Source: an uncultured delta proteobacterium
Lineage (GTDB): Bacteria; Desulfobacterota; Desulfobacteria; Desulfobacterales; SG8-13
Length of the DNA stretch: 64,000 nucleotides
Assembly: GCA_963848135.1 (NCBI GenBank)
Contig: CAWKCK010000017.1
Coordinates: forward strand, 620,001-684,000
Reading direction: 5' to 3'
Shown one piece after another: positions 37,814 through 48,133 of this stretch (positions are counted from its first letter, which is position 1; the number at the start of each line of letters is the position of its first letter). The notes below the pieces were generated by a model. It had not been told where the DNA came from and made no database searches. It was given only the letters and a program-made list of their open reading frames with translations. A program made the position numbers and the translations under genes.

Positions 37814-39775
37814 GTGGGCGAAATGCTGAGTGGCGAATCTGCCGCATGGGCAACGGTGACGGAACTGGCCATCCTATGCCTGGCGGGTTATACTTTTTTC
37901 CGACGCCGGGGCAACACCTTGTCCGAAGCTGGCGCATACGGTCTCATAACGACGCTGATGACGCTCTCCTTATTGTTTCAGCTGTCTTTTATGGTACGTC
38001 TGCCGAACGCATCCGTTGTCTTCGAAATCGCTCTGGTGATCCTCGCTTCGGGATATATTATAAAAAACCGCCAAGAACTACTGCACGGCGCGATCGCCGT
38101 GCGGGTGATCTATAAACGGGCACCCCTGGCATCCACGGTCATCGGCCTTCTTCTGCTTTACCTGGCCCTCCAGGCGCTGGCGATCCCGCCCACTGCCACT
38201 TACTGGCAACCCCTCGGCCAAGTGTTGCTATACGCACGTCATCGCACACTATTTCCGACTGACATTCAAGGGATAGCCGCCCCTTTTACCCAGACGTTTT
38301 CGCCGTTCAACACATTGATCCTGCCGCATCTGTTTCTCCGGTTTCAGACCGATTGGGGGGTGGGCTTGCTCGGTTTCATGGCATATCTTTCTGTCGGTTT
38401 CAGCACCTACGCTCTCTCCCGCCGCTATGCCTGGCCGCCGACAGCTGCAACGGCTTCGATTATCGTCATCAGCATGCCGCGACTGGTTTACCTGTCTACA
38501 TCTCCCGGGTATGAACTCATACCCGCGGCCACGGCTCTGTTCTGTTTGCTGGCCGTCTTTCGCGCCGTTGAATCACCGAATCTTCCCGACATGTATCTTC
38601 TGGTGCTGGGTCTACTTTTCATGTTGTCCGGCACCTTTATGAATTTTGTGTTTCCGCTTGTTTTGGCACCACTGGCATGTATTCTGCTCTTCCGACGCCA
38701 CGGGGCAACCGCCTGGTGGAAAATTCTCTCCACCCGTCCTTATCTCATGCTGATGTTCTTGATCCCGGCGGTGGTATTTTCCCAACTTTGGCACCCCATC
38801 ATCGGCCTATCCGCCAACGGAAACATATCGGCGCCACTGGCTCCACCGTCTGCCGCATTTAATAGCGATGGTATACAGGGAGCGCTGGCCAATATGTTGC
38901 GCTATACCTTACAAAGCATCCATTTCACTCGCCCAGTGGACAGCCTGTTGAATTGGGAGACCGGCTTTTCTCCCACCGCAGCACTACAAAAGATCTACGA
39001 TAACCTGTTGGTGCCGATTCTTGGAAATCGGGGCGCCGTCACAGCTTTTCGCATCGCCTGGGTACCGAATGAAAAATTATCCTGGTTTGGACCGTTCGGC
39101 TTCCTTATGATTTTGCCGGCTGTAGGCTACGCCATTCGACGGGCACCCCGACGGTTGAAGGCTGTCTCCGTCACACTCATCGCATACGTATTTCTCGTGT
39201 CCCTCATACCGGCCTGGCATCCGTACAACGTTCGCTATTTCGATGTCTTTTTCGTTTGCGGCGGCATGTGTATTGCATTTTTCCTGCCGCCCTGGCGTCT
39301 GAACAGACGCCGGCGACGGGTTCTGACGCTCATCAGTGCCAGCCTGATGCTGTATGCCGGTATTTGCAATGATAATAAACCGGCGTTCAATTTTCTTTCC
39401 GAAAAAGCGGCCGGCAGCATCTGGCAAGCCTCCAGTTGGGGTCGAAATCGCTACTGGGCCACACGTGAGACATACGGCGACGACCGACTGACATCGGTAC
39501 GAAAACAAGTAGCTGCCGAAAATCACCTATGGTTGATATACACAGACTTTTCCATGACCTACCCTTACCTGCTGTTATATCCGAATGCCCGCACACTTCC
39601 AATTAAGGCCTTCAACCCGGACGTGACCGCTAATCTTCGGAAAATGAAACCCGAATTCATATTGTTCATCGATTGTATTCCACCCCCTTGGATCGCGAAC
39701 CGTTTCGGGAAAACGCTCTGGTCAATTCCTCCCGGCAGGCTGACGCTACCGGGGGCCCTCTTAAAGGTTGATTAA
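37814..39775 (+). CDS. Polytopic membrane protein, possibly GT-C (ArnT/PMT-like) glycosyltransferase
   Basis: Many hydrophobic segments, an RY motif late in the membrane region and a soluble C-terminal tail. Family assignment is an inference from architecture. Confidence 0.6.
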   Translation: MGEMLSGESAAWATVTELAILCLAGYTFFRRRGNTLSEAGAYGLITTLMTLSLLFQLSFMVRLPNASVVFEIALVILASGYIIKNRQELLHGAIAVRVIYKRAPLASTVIGLLLLYLALQALAIPPTATYWQPLGQVLLYARHRTLFPTDIQGIAAPFTQTFSPFNTLILPHLFLRFQTDWGVGLLGFMAYLSVGFSTYALSRRYAWPPTAATASIIVISMPRLVYLSTSPGYELIPAATALFCLLAVFRAVESPNLPDMYLLVLGLLFMLSGTFMNFVFPLVLAPLACILLFRRHGATAWWKILSTRPYLMLMFLIPAVVFSQLWHPIIGLSANGNISAPLAPPSAAFNSDGIQGALANMLRYTLQSIHFTRPVDSLLNWETGFSPTAALQKIYDNLLVPILGNRGAVTAFRIAWVPNEKLSWFGPFGFLMILPAVGYAIRRAPRRLKAVSVTLIAYVFLVSLIPAWHPYNVRYFDVFFVCGGMCIAFFLPPWRLNRRRRRVLTLISASLMLYAGICNDNKPAFNFLSEKAAGSIWQASSWGRNRYWATRETYGDDRLTSVRKQVAAENHLWLIYTDFSMTYPYLLLYPNARTLPIKAFNPDVTANLRKMKPEFILFIDCIPPPWIANRFGKTLWSIPPGRLTLPGALLKVD

Positions 39776-39871
39776 ACACTGACAGCCGAATAGCGCACAT
39801 GAAGTAACCGGGATGGAAGCCCATGGATCCCATCCCGGTTGATTCAGGCAGAACCTCCCGAGGATTCCCCT

Positions 39872-39900
39872 TTGATTTTCGCGGCAATATCTTCTATAAT
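39872..39900 (+). promoter_or_regulatory. Sigma70 promoter
   Basis: TTGATT-17 bp-TATAAT upstream of 39954. Confidence 0.55.
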
Positions 39901-39953
39901 GACTCAATTATACAAGGATTTTTTCAACCCTGGAAAGAGATGGTAAAAAGACC

Positions 39954-40406
39954 GTGAAATCGATCCTTACGTTTCTGGTCCTGGTTGTTTCGATCGTTTT
40001 GTCCCAATTTTTCGGCGAGATCCAAGCCCAGGAAGAACACCAGGTTCAAATAACAGAAAAGTATTTGAAAACAGCCGCCAGTAACAGTCTTTGGCGGCTG
40101 AAGCACAGCATGGAAAAGGACGGTTATTATAGCGCGCGTGTCGCGTTGAATGTGTGGCGCAGCAATGCCATCGATGCCGGCATCTTCGACCAGGTCGAAT
40201 ACGATGCATACAAAAATCAAATCTATGAAAAATCGATCCATAGCAATTTGAAGTGCTATGAACGATCGCTTCAGAACGAAAATTTAACCGATGCCAGGAT
40301 ATGCCTGTTTACTTGGAAAGCCCATGCCCAAGAGTTAGGCGTTTTTGATCCTGACCGTTATAAAGAAATGGAAAAAAAACTTAAATCGGCCACCTCGGTC
40401 AAATAA
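39954..40406 (+). CDS. Secreted hypothetical protein with an internal duplication
   Basis: Signal peptide ending IQA. Two similar segments: ARVALNVWRSNAIDAGIFDQVEY and ARICLFTWKAHAQELGVFDPDRY. Confidence 0.75.
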   Translation: MKSILTFLVLVVSIVLSQFFGEIQAQEEHQVQITEKYLKTAASNSLWRLKHSMEKDGYYSARVALNVWRSNAIDAGIFDQVEYDAYKNQIYEKSIHSNLKCYERSLQNENLTDARICLFTWKAHAQELGVFDPDRYKEMEKKLKSATSVK

Positions 40407-40532
40407 GGAAAAGAACTTGCCGGTGAGAACCGCCGGAGTTGTCGCCCCGCAAGCGCAAGCATCCTTCGCGCGGGGAATTCATACTGCCAGGCCGCAGGCC
40501 GGTGGTCACGAGACGTTTCAGGAGCACTTTGC

Positions 40533-41426
40533 ATGACATCAATGGCGGCATTCAACGCCGAACCCCTGATCGGCACCCAGGTGGGAACGTCAACAATCAT
40601 TAAGGAGTTGGCCCGGGGCGGAATGGCTATCGTTTTCATCGCATTCCAAAAAACCCTGAAACGACAGATTGCCGTAAAGGTTCTGCCAAAAAGCCTGATA
40701 ACAGCCAAATCCGCCGAACTGTTTCAACAGGAGGCAGAAGCGGTCGCGATTCTTTCCCACCCCAACATCATACCTGTTTACGAAGTCGGCGAAACGGCAG
40801 AATTTCTCTTTATCACGATGCAGTTGATTCAGGGCAATGCCCTGTCCCAATATCTGCAGGCGGTTAAAAAAAATCCCATCCCTTCCAAGCGCATATTGGC
40901 CCTGGCCACCACCTTAGGGGTTATCAAACAGGTTGTGGGCGCTCTGGATTATGCTCACCGCCAGAATATTGTTCACCGGGACATCAAGCCGGGTAACATC
41001 CTTATCGAAAAAGACTCCCGGCGGCCATTGCTGACTGATTTCGGAATTGTCAAGGTGTTGAACGCAGACACACAGGCCACCACCGTCGTCCACGGCACTC
41101 CACTGTATATGGCTCCGGAGCAGATCCTTGGCATGGAGGTGGACGGTCGGACAGACATATATGCTGCCGGAACAATGCTCTTCCAGATGCTGGCCACTGA
41201 TCTTCCCTTGCCAACTTTTAAAAAGAAAATCGACCTCCTGAAGCATAAAGTCATGAGCAAGGATAACGTGTTCCTGAAAAAACCGTCTGAAATAAATCCA
41301 GCTGTCCACCCGGAAATGGATCGCATCATCCAAAAAGCGACGGCTTTCGACCCGTCCCGGCGGTACGCGACCTGCCGGGAGTTTCTCGATGATCTGGAAA
41401 CGTACGAAAAACAGCGTGCCGCATAG
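40533..41426 (+). CDS. Hanks-type Ser/Thr protein kinase (catalytic domain only)
   Basis: LARGGMAIVF, IAVKVL, HRDIKPGN, DFG, GTPLYMAPE, DIYAAG. Confidence 0.95.
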   Translation: MTSMAAFNAEPLIGTQVGTSTIIKELARGGMAIVFIAFQKTLKRQIAVKVLPKSLITAKSAELFQQEAEAVAILSHPNIIPVYEVGETAEFLFITMQLIQGNALSQYLQAVKKNPIPSKRILALATTLGVIKQVVGALDYAHRQNIVHRDIKPGNILIEKDSRRPLLTDFGIVKVLNADTQATTVVHGTPLYMAPEQILGMEVDGRTDIYAAGTMLFQMLATDLPLPTFKKKIDLLKHKVMSKDNVFLKKPSEINPAVHPEMDRIIQKATAFDPSRRYATCREFLDDLETYEKQRAA

Positions 41427-41444
41427 CCAGGAGAGGGGTTCAGC

Positions 41445-43643
41445 ATGGCCATCACAAAGCTCCCGAAAGAGATTTCCAATAAAATCGGCAGAGCATTCGC
41501 CCTCTTGTTTAACCGGTCGATGATGTACAATATCGATCACCCGTTTACTGCCCAGGCCCTGTCTGAATTCTACAGGGCGACCACCCACGGCCTCACGTTG
41601 TTTTCACCCATTGTCCTGATTCTGCATCAGGAGCAATTCTTCATCGAGGAAGAACCCCTCGATCCCCGGATCAACACCGGTAAAATGCTCCACCATTTCA
41701 AAAAAGCCAACATCCAGTCCATCTCTTTTGAAGAAGGTCTCCAGGAGACCGAGTTGATTAACTTTGCCGCTGTGTTCATCGACATCGCCCAGCATATCAG
41801 TGCCGATTCCATGAGGACCGCCTGTGACCGCGCCGGTGTCACCAGCATAAAGATCAACCATGTTTTTTACCAGAAAGTCACGGCTGATGACGAAGTCGTT
41901 GATCGCAGGGTGCTGCAAGAGTCCGCCGCCTCGCCCCCCGGGGCACCCGCACAAAAAGCCGATCAGGTGTTGGGTATGATGGTGGAAAGCGTCCTGATGG
42001 AAGAATTGGAAAAATCCCTTTCCGTACAGCACATCATTGAGAATCCCAGCGACACGTCTCAGAAGATAATCGCTGCCGATCAAGCGGCGGTCTCATCCGG
42101 GGAACCTGACGCTCCCGAATCCGGGATGGTCATCATGGCGCAACTTCAAAAGATTCGCGAAGAGGTGAACCGCTCTTTTGAAGATACCGATAAACCCAGC
42201 CTCGGTGAACTGGCCGATGCGGTTTTCGCCATGAAAAAGGACCTTCTCAACGGAATATCGGCTCGTAAAGCAGAAGGCGTTGTATTCGAAAACGAACAAC
42301 TAATCATAGAAGAAACCGAAACGCTCACCGACACCGTTCTGGTTCAACTCATACGGGAAGAATACCAAGAGGGTAAAATATCTGTTCAACGCCTGGCCCA
42401 AATCCTCCGACGGTTGGTCCCGGAACCGGGTGAACTCCAACGGTTGATGCCGAAAATAAAAACCGCCCTGCTCGAAGAAGGAATGAGCCTGCATGAATTT
42501 CTGCAGTTGACCCGCGAATTGAAACAAGAGCTGCAAAGCGAGGACTTGGTTAAAGCGCTTGAGAAAAGCGCTGATCAAATGGGTATAGATCCAGATATCC
42601 TGATCGAGGAGGTCAGCCGCGATCCCAAAAGTGCCGCTGAATTAATTTACCTGGCCTCAGAAATTCGCAGAGGAACCGGCGATGAGGAGGTGATGTCCGA
42701 CCTGCTGGTTGATTATATAGAGCGCGTCGGATCGGAGATCGCCATGGATGCCGCCCAGAAAGAGGGTGATGCGGGCGGTCAGCACCTGCACGGACTCATC
42801 TCCAGCATAGAGAAGACCCTGGTGGATCGTTTGAAAAACAAGGATATCAGCACCGAGGTGTTGCACAAGGTGGCGAACCGTTTGAACGAGCGGATGGAGG
42901 AATGCCTTAATGCCTTGAAAAGCCAGTGGACAATTCGGCACAAATCCTTCTCCGGTGATGGCCAGGAGGGTGCAACTTCCGTCATCGGCGTCTTCGAGGA
43001 AGGGGCCACAAGCGGTACCGAGCTCAATGCCATCATGGAGAAAGTACGTTCTTCCATCGATGTTCAAGATAAGGACAACCAACACGCGGACACGGAAAAC
43101 CCAGCCCCCGAAGCTCAGTCTGCTGCCGAGAAAGATCAGAAGGAAGGGTTAAAGTCCCATTTGCCCAAAGGCATATTGATCCGCAACAGCATTCTCTATA
43201 TCCTGGAGAAGGAAATCGCCCGCGCAATGCGTTATGACACGCCCTTTTCCGTACTGATGCTGTCGATTTTCAAGGTTAGCCCTTTAAAACCGCTGCCCGC
43301 CGGCGCAATCAATCGGGGAAAAATCATGCGGTTCGTGCTGGCCAACCTGGCGCGCGTTTGCCGCACCACAGACATCATTGGGGTCCTTGACCGCAACAAA
43401 TTTCTCATTCTGCTGCCCATGACCCCCGAGAAACAATCCCGCGCAGCCATGCGCCGAATTCTGAAGCAGATTCACGACTTGGAATATCGGGTTGAAGAAA
43501 CGGAAATCACCATTAGGCTCGCGGGTGTTGTCTCTACTTTTGATAAAGATCGAACCCCCACCCTCGATGATCTCGTCAAAAGAGCGGAATCCGATATATT
43601 CGACATGGTCAATCGCTTGAGAAACATCCAGAGTATTTACTGA
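41445..43643 (+). CDS. Large helical protein with a C-terminal degenerate GGDEF domain
   Basis: LEKEIARAMRY..PFSVLML, RTTDIIGVLDRNKFLILLP, LVKRAE. GGAGAGG RBS. Confidence 0.75.
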   Translation: MAITKLPKEISNKIGRAFALLFNRSMMYNIDHPFTAQALSEFYRATTHGLTLFSPIVLILHQEQFFIEEEPLDPRINTGKMLHHFKKANIQSISFEEGLQETELINFAAVFIDIAQHISADSMRTACDRAGVTSIKINHVFYQKVTADDEVVDRRVLQESAASPPGAPAQKADQVLGMMVESVLMEELEKSLSVQHIIENPSDTSQKIIAADQAAVSSGEPDAPESGMVIMAQLQKIREEVNRSFEDTDKPSLGELADAVFAMKKDLLNGISARKAEGVVFENEQLIIEETETLTDTVLVQLIREEYQEGKISVQRLAQILRRLVPEPGELQRLMPKIKTALLEEGMSLHEFLQLTRELKQELQSEDLVKALEKSADQMGIDPDILIEEVSRDPKSAAELIYLASEIRRGTGDEEVMSDLLVDYIERVGSEIAMDAAQKEGDAGGQHLHGLISSIEKTLVDRLKNKDISTEVLHKVANRLNERMEECLNALKSQWTIRHKSFSGDGQEGATSVIGVFEEGATSGTELNAIMEKVRSSIDVQDKDNQHADTENPAPEAQSAAEKDQKEGLKSHLPKGILIRNSILYILEKEIARAMRYDTPFSVLMLSIFKVSPLKPLPAGAINRGKIMRFVLANLARVCRTTDIIGVLDRNKFLILLPMTPEKQSRAAMRRILKQIHDLEYRVEETEITIRLAGVVSTFDKDRTPTLDDLVKRAESDIFDMVNRLRNIQSIY

Positions 43644-44134
43644 CCCCACTGTTTGACAACAGGTAACATTGTATCAACGGCCGGCAGCACAAACCCCAGG
43701 AAGGACGTCCAACTTATCACCTTTCCTTGGCCATCAGCATCCCTGTGAGTCGTCTCTGAATATAAACTGGATCATGGACTGGCAGTAATTCCGTTTGGTC
43801 ACCGGGCGCAGAATGAAAAGATCTCCCGCCGAAACAACACCGGCATCGGTCATTCTTTCCCTAAAACGGGTCATTTTCTCATATGGAATCCAATCTCTTT
43901 TCTCCAGTATTTGACACGATGACGCCGATCGACCTATAGTGAAGGTCATGACAGTGTTTTCTTTTATCGTTGTTGTCAAAAAGCCTGTCCGATGTCCGAA
44001 CGTATTTTCTACAACCACTTATACCGGCCTATTTATATTGCGGAATTTATTTTTGAAAATTGGTATTAATCCATAACTGGAAAGAAATGGGGCATGCTCA
44101 ACGGCACAGAGCCTTAACCTCCGGAGGTTCTTCC

Positions 44135-46684
44135 ATGGCTCACAATCCGACATATGAGCAGTTGGCGCAGAGATTAAAAGCGCTTGAAAATGAGATCGAA
44201 CGATTCCGCTCCAGTCGATCCGCGCTGCAGGAGGATGCGGAGGCTCCCACACGCAGTCAAGCTGAAACTGTCGCGATGAAGGATGATCAACGGTTTCGCG
44301 AAATAGCCGAACACAGCCAGAAGGTTTTCTGGTTGTTCGATCTAAAGTCCCAAAAAGTCATTTGCGTCAATTCCGCTTTTGAGAGACTCTGGGGCCAGCC
44401 GGTCGCCGCTCTATATGACAGCCATGATGTTTGGGTGAAGAGTATCCACCCTGAAGACGTCGATTCGGCCCGAAATTCATTCACCCGTATTCTTGAAACC
44501 GGCGGTGGTGACCCGAGAGAGTACCGGATCATCAGGCCTGACGGTACTGTTCGATGGGTGTCCGATAAGGGCTATGCCATTCGTGACAAAGATGGCAGGG
44601 TGGTGCGGATCACCGGTACGGCCGAAGATATCACCGATCGTAAGGCCGCAGAAGAATTGCTGAAGAAAAACAATCAATACCTTTCCGCCCTCCATGATAC
44701 CGCTATCGGTCTGATCCGTCGTCACGAACTGGATGAACTTTTGCAGGACATTATCGAGCGCGCCGCACGTTTGGCCGACACCGAGCACGGTTATATCTAC
44801 CTGTACGATAGTGAAGAGGATGAGTTCGTCGTCCGCTTCGGTGTCGGGGCGCTTAAAGAGGCCATTGATGTGCGGGTGAAATCCGGTGAAGGCCTTGCCG
44901 GTAAGGTTTGGAGTTCGGGCTATCCCATGGCAGTAACGAACTATAGCCGTTGGGCAGGGCGGATCACGAATTCTGTATTCGACGATTTACAAGCGGTGGT
45001 CGGCATTCCGCTGAAATCAGCCGATGAGGTCGTCGGAGTCATCGGGCTGGGCCGTTGTGAGGAGCATAATGCCTTTGGGCAGGAGGAAATTTCAGTTCTC
45101 AGCCGTTTTGCCGAACTGGCCTCGATCGCCTTTGATAATACACGACTCTACGCCAAATTGGAGCAGGAGCTTTCGGAACGGCGGCGGGTGGAAAAATCCT
45201 TACGAAAGTACGAAAAAATCGTGTCCACCTCGAAAGATCTCATGGCTCTGATCGATCAGGATTTTATCTATCAGGCCGTCAGCGATAGCTATCTGAAAGC
45301 CCATTGCCAGACACGCACGCAGATCATCGGAAGTAAAGTGTCCGATCTGATCGGATCCAAGCGATTCGACAGGGATATCCGGAATAAATTAGAGCAATGT
45401 TTGGCCGGTGAAGAAGTGACCTTCCGTACGTGGTTCGATTTCAAAGGTCTTGGCAATCGCTATGTCGAGGCCACGTATTATCCATTTGAAGACGAAAATA
45501 ATCAAGTTACCGGCATCGTTGTCGTCTCCCGTGACATTACAGAATACAAGCATCTCCATGAGCAATTGCTGCAATCTCAGAAAATGGAAGCCATCGGAAC
45601 CCTGGCTGGTGGCATTGCCCATGATTTCAATAACCTGATGATGGGGATTCAGGGACGTACCTCAATGATGCTTCTCGACATAGATAAAAATCACCCCCAC
45701 CATGAACACCTCAAAGGGATTGAAGAGCATATCAAAAGCGCATCGAATCTGACGCGGCAACTTCTGGGTTTTGCTCGAGGCGGAAAATACGAAGTCAAGC
45801 CGGCCGATTTGAATGCCGTCATCAAAGAAAAAAACCGCATGTTCGGCCGCATGCAGAAAGAAATCAAAATCCAGGAAAAATTTGAACCCGATCTCTGGGC
45901 CGTCGAGGTCGACCAGAGTCAGTTCGAACAGGTCCTCCTGAATCTCTATATCAATGCCTGGCAAGCAATGCCCGCAAAGGGAACCCTCTGTATTCAAACC
46001 GAAAATGCCTTGGTGACGGCCAAGGTTGCCGATCCTCACGGCGTGAAACCGGGTCGCTATGTAAAACTATCCGTGACCGATACAGGCATCGGCATGGATG
46101 CCGGAACCAGGGCCAGGATCTTCGAACCGTTTTTTACGACCAAAGAGATCGGCCGGGGAACCGGCTTGGGGCTGGCATCGGCATATGGCATCGTCCAAAA
46201 CCACGGTGGATACATCACTGTTGTCAGCGATAAAGGGCACGGCACAACCTTTCACATATTCCTGCCCGCTTCCGACAAAGAGATCAATAACTCAGATCCG
46301 TCAGCCGAGCCGTTGTCAACCGGAAACGGGACAATCTTACTGGTCGATGACGAAGCAATAATTATTACTGTCGGATCTCAAATGCTGCGCCGACTGGGCT
46401 ATAACGTACTGACGGCAACCAACGGCAAGCAGGCACTGGAAGTTTACAAGGATCACAGTACCCGGGTCGATCTGGTCATTTTAGATGTCATTATGCCCGA
46501 CATCGGCGGTGGCGAGACCTTCGAGATGCTCAAAACCGTCAACCCGGCTGTCAAAGTTCTGCTATCGAGCGGTTACAGCATCGACGGTAAAGCCAGTCTC
46601 ATTCTGAAGCGCGGTTGCAAGGGCTTCCTGCAAAAACCGTTTGACCTGCAAACCCTGTCGAATAAGATAAAAAAAATACTATAG
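44135..46684 (+). CDS. PAS/GAF/PAS hybrid sensor histidine kinase with receiver domain
   Basis: IHPED..EYRI..PDG PAS, GAF segment, AGGIAHDFNN, NLYINAWQAM, DTGIGM, EPFFTTK, GTGLGL, ILLVDDE. GGAGG upstream of ATG 44135. Confidence 0.95.
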   Translation: MAHNPTYEQLAQRLKALENEIERFRSSRSALQEDAEAPTRSQAETVAMKDDQRFREIAEHSQKVFWLFDLKSQKVICVNSAFERLWGQPVAALYDSHDVWVKSIHPEDVDSARNSFTRILETGGGDPREYRIIRPDGTVRWVSDKGYAIRDKDGRVVRITGTAEDITDRKAAEELLKKNNQYLSALHDTAIGLIRRHELDELLQDIIERAARLADTEHGYIYLYDSEEDEFVVRFGVGALKEAIDVRVKSGEGLAGKVWSSGYPMAVTNYSRWAGRITNSVFDDLQAVVGIPLKSADEVVGVIGLGRCEEHNAFGQEEISVLSRFAELASIAFDNTRLYAKLEQELSERRRVEKSLRKYEKIVSTSKDLMALIDQDFIYQAVSDSYLKAHCQTRTQIIGSKVSDLIGSKRFDRDIRNKLEQCLAGEEVTFRTWFDFKGLGNRYVEATYYPFEDENNQVTGIVVVSRDITEYKHLHEQLLQSQKMEAIGTLAGGIAHDFNNLMMGIQGRTSMMLLDIDKNHPHHEHLKGIEEHIKSASNLTRQLLGFARGGKYEVKPADLNAVIKEKNRMFGRMQKEIKIQEKFEPDLWAVEVDQSQFEQVLLNLYINAWQAMPAKGTLCIQTENALVTAKVADPHGVKPGRYVKLSVTDTGIGMDAGTRARIFEPFFTTKEIGRGTGLGLASAYGIVQNHGGYITVVSDKGHGTTFHIFLPASDKEINNSDPSAEPLSTGNGTILLVDDEAIIITVGSQMLRRLGYNVLTATNGKQALEVYKDHSTRVDLVILDVIMPDIGGGETFEMLKTVNPAVKVLLSSGYSIDGKASLILKRGCKGFLQKPFDLQTLSNKIKKIL

Positions 46685-46856
46685 CCCGGACATCTCACCA
46701 CAAAACGTCTCGCATGGCGCAGATAATTCACGGAGACGTTGGACTCCCTCTACCGTGAAACTTGAATAACACAGTTTGACGATCCCCGAACGACGGGGCC
46801 AATGTGTCTCCGTTTGGCCTTATGGTGAAAATTGGGTCTGGAAAGGAGTGCCTTTT

Positions 46857-47882
46857 ATGTCGATTCCCGGCCGCCTATTGACAACAGCCATGGCCGTTAT
46901 GCCGCACATAGACGTGGAGCGTGCCCTGGCCCTGGCCCTCTCACTCGATGTGCCGTACTGGCCCCAACTGCCGAATTACAATTATTATGAAGACATGTAC
47001 GTTCAGGCGGCGGAGCATTTTCCCGGCATTCTTCTGGATATAGAAAACCGTAACCTGCGATTTTCCATGGACAAATTTATCGATGAACTGGAACCGGCCA
47101 TGGACCGTCTGGACGATCCGGAGTATATGGATATCAGCGAAACCCACTCGGTTGTCTACCATCGTTTCCTTAAATTGGCTCTCGAAGATCGACCGGCCAT
47201 CCGGGGTCAACTCGAAGGTCCGATCAGTTTCGGTTTCAACATTCTGGACCAGAACGACCGGCCGATTCTTTTCGACGACACGGTCCGGCCGTTCATGTAC
47301 GAGTTTATGGCGCGGCGGATCAATGCTCAGCTTGAAAAATTGAAGAAAAAAAACGCCAACGCCTTCATGTTCGTCGATGAACCCGGGTTGCAATTTCTAT
47401 TCTCGGCCCTGGCCGGCTACGGAGATCAAAAGGCCAAAAAGGATATGGAGGTTTTTTTTGCGATGGTGGATCGTCCACGCGGAATTCATCTTTGCGGCAA
47501 CCCGGATTGGGACTTTCTCCTGAATCTGGATCTCGATATCCTCTCTCTCGATATTTACACCAATGCCGAAGTTTTCGCGTCCTATGCTCCCGCCATCAAG
47601 CGCTTCATCGATCGCGGCGGGGTTATCGTCTGGGGCATCGTACCGACCAATATCGAGCCGTTTGAAAAAGAATCTCTCGAATCCCTCACCAATCAACTTG
47701 AATCTGTCTGGACAGCACTGGCCCAAAAAGGCATCGATCGGGACGGTATGCTGCTTAGTAGTATGCTGTCACCGGCGACCTGTTGCCTGGTCAATCCCGA
47801 CCGGGAAAAAACCGTGGAAAAGGCTTTCGATACTGTGCGTATGCTTTCCCTGAAACTCAGGGATCGTTACGGGTTCTCATGA
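46857..47882 (+). CDS. Core (single-barrel) MetE-like methionine synthase family protein, MesB-like
   Basis: WPQLP, EDMYVQ, GQLEGP, DEP, HLCGNPDW (HxC Zn ligands), WGIVPT, SPATCC. AAGGAG upstream of ATG 46857. Confidence 0.7.
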   Translation: MSIPGRLLTTAMAVMPHIDVERALALALSLDVPYWPQLPNYNYYEDMYVQAAEHFPGILLDIENRNLRFSMDKFIDELEPAMDRLDDPEYMDISETHSVVYHRFLKLALEDRPAIRGQLEGPISFGFNILDQNDRPILFDDTVRPFMYEFMARRINAQLEKLKKKNANAFMFVDEPGLQFLFSALAGYGDQKAKKDMEVFFAMVDRPRGIHLCGNPDWDFLLNLDLDILSLDIYTNAEVFASYAPAIKRFIDRGGVIVWGIVPTNIEPFEKESLESLTNQLESVWTALAQKGIDRDGMLLSSMLSPATCCLVNPDREKTVEKAFDTVRMLSLKLRDRYGFS

Positions 47883-48133
47883 CCCTGAAAGGCATGGGTG
47901 TCACGATACCTTTCTGAGCCATGGCCGGAAACAGCATTTCCCGCCCTGCAATAAAATTCTATTATCAGGGATCGGATCGCCTGATCAGCTGCAATGTTAT
48001 TGTACTAAGAACCAGCCGTATGGCCCTGCCCTTGACACAAATACCACAATGTAGCAGTTTGAGAGGCAGGATTGTGGATAGAAGAGAGACCTAAATAATC
48101 TAAGTTTGAGCGAAGGGGTAGAGGGGGTTCGAA

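Noticed and set aside
43734..44018. Minus-strand ORF ending GC-TGA, possible Sec read-through
   Set aside because: No RBS, no recognisable family and no clear SECIS. It overlaps the likely promoter region of the hybrid kinase.
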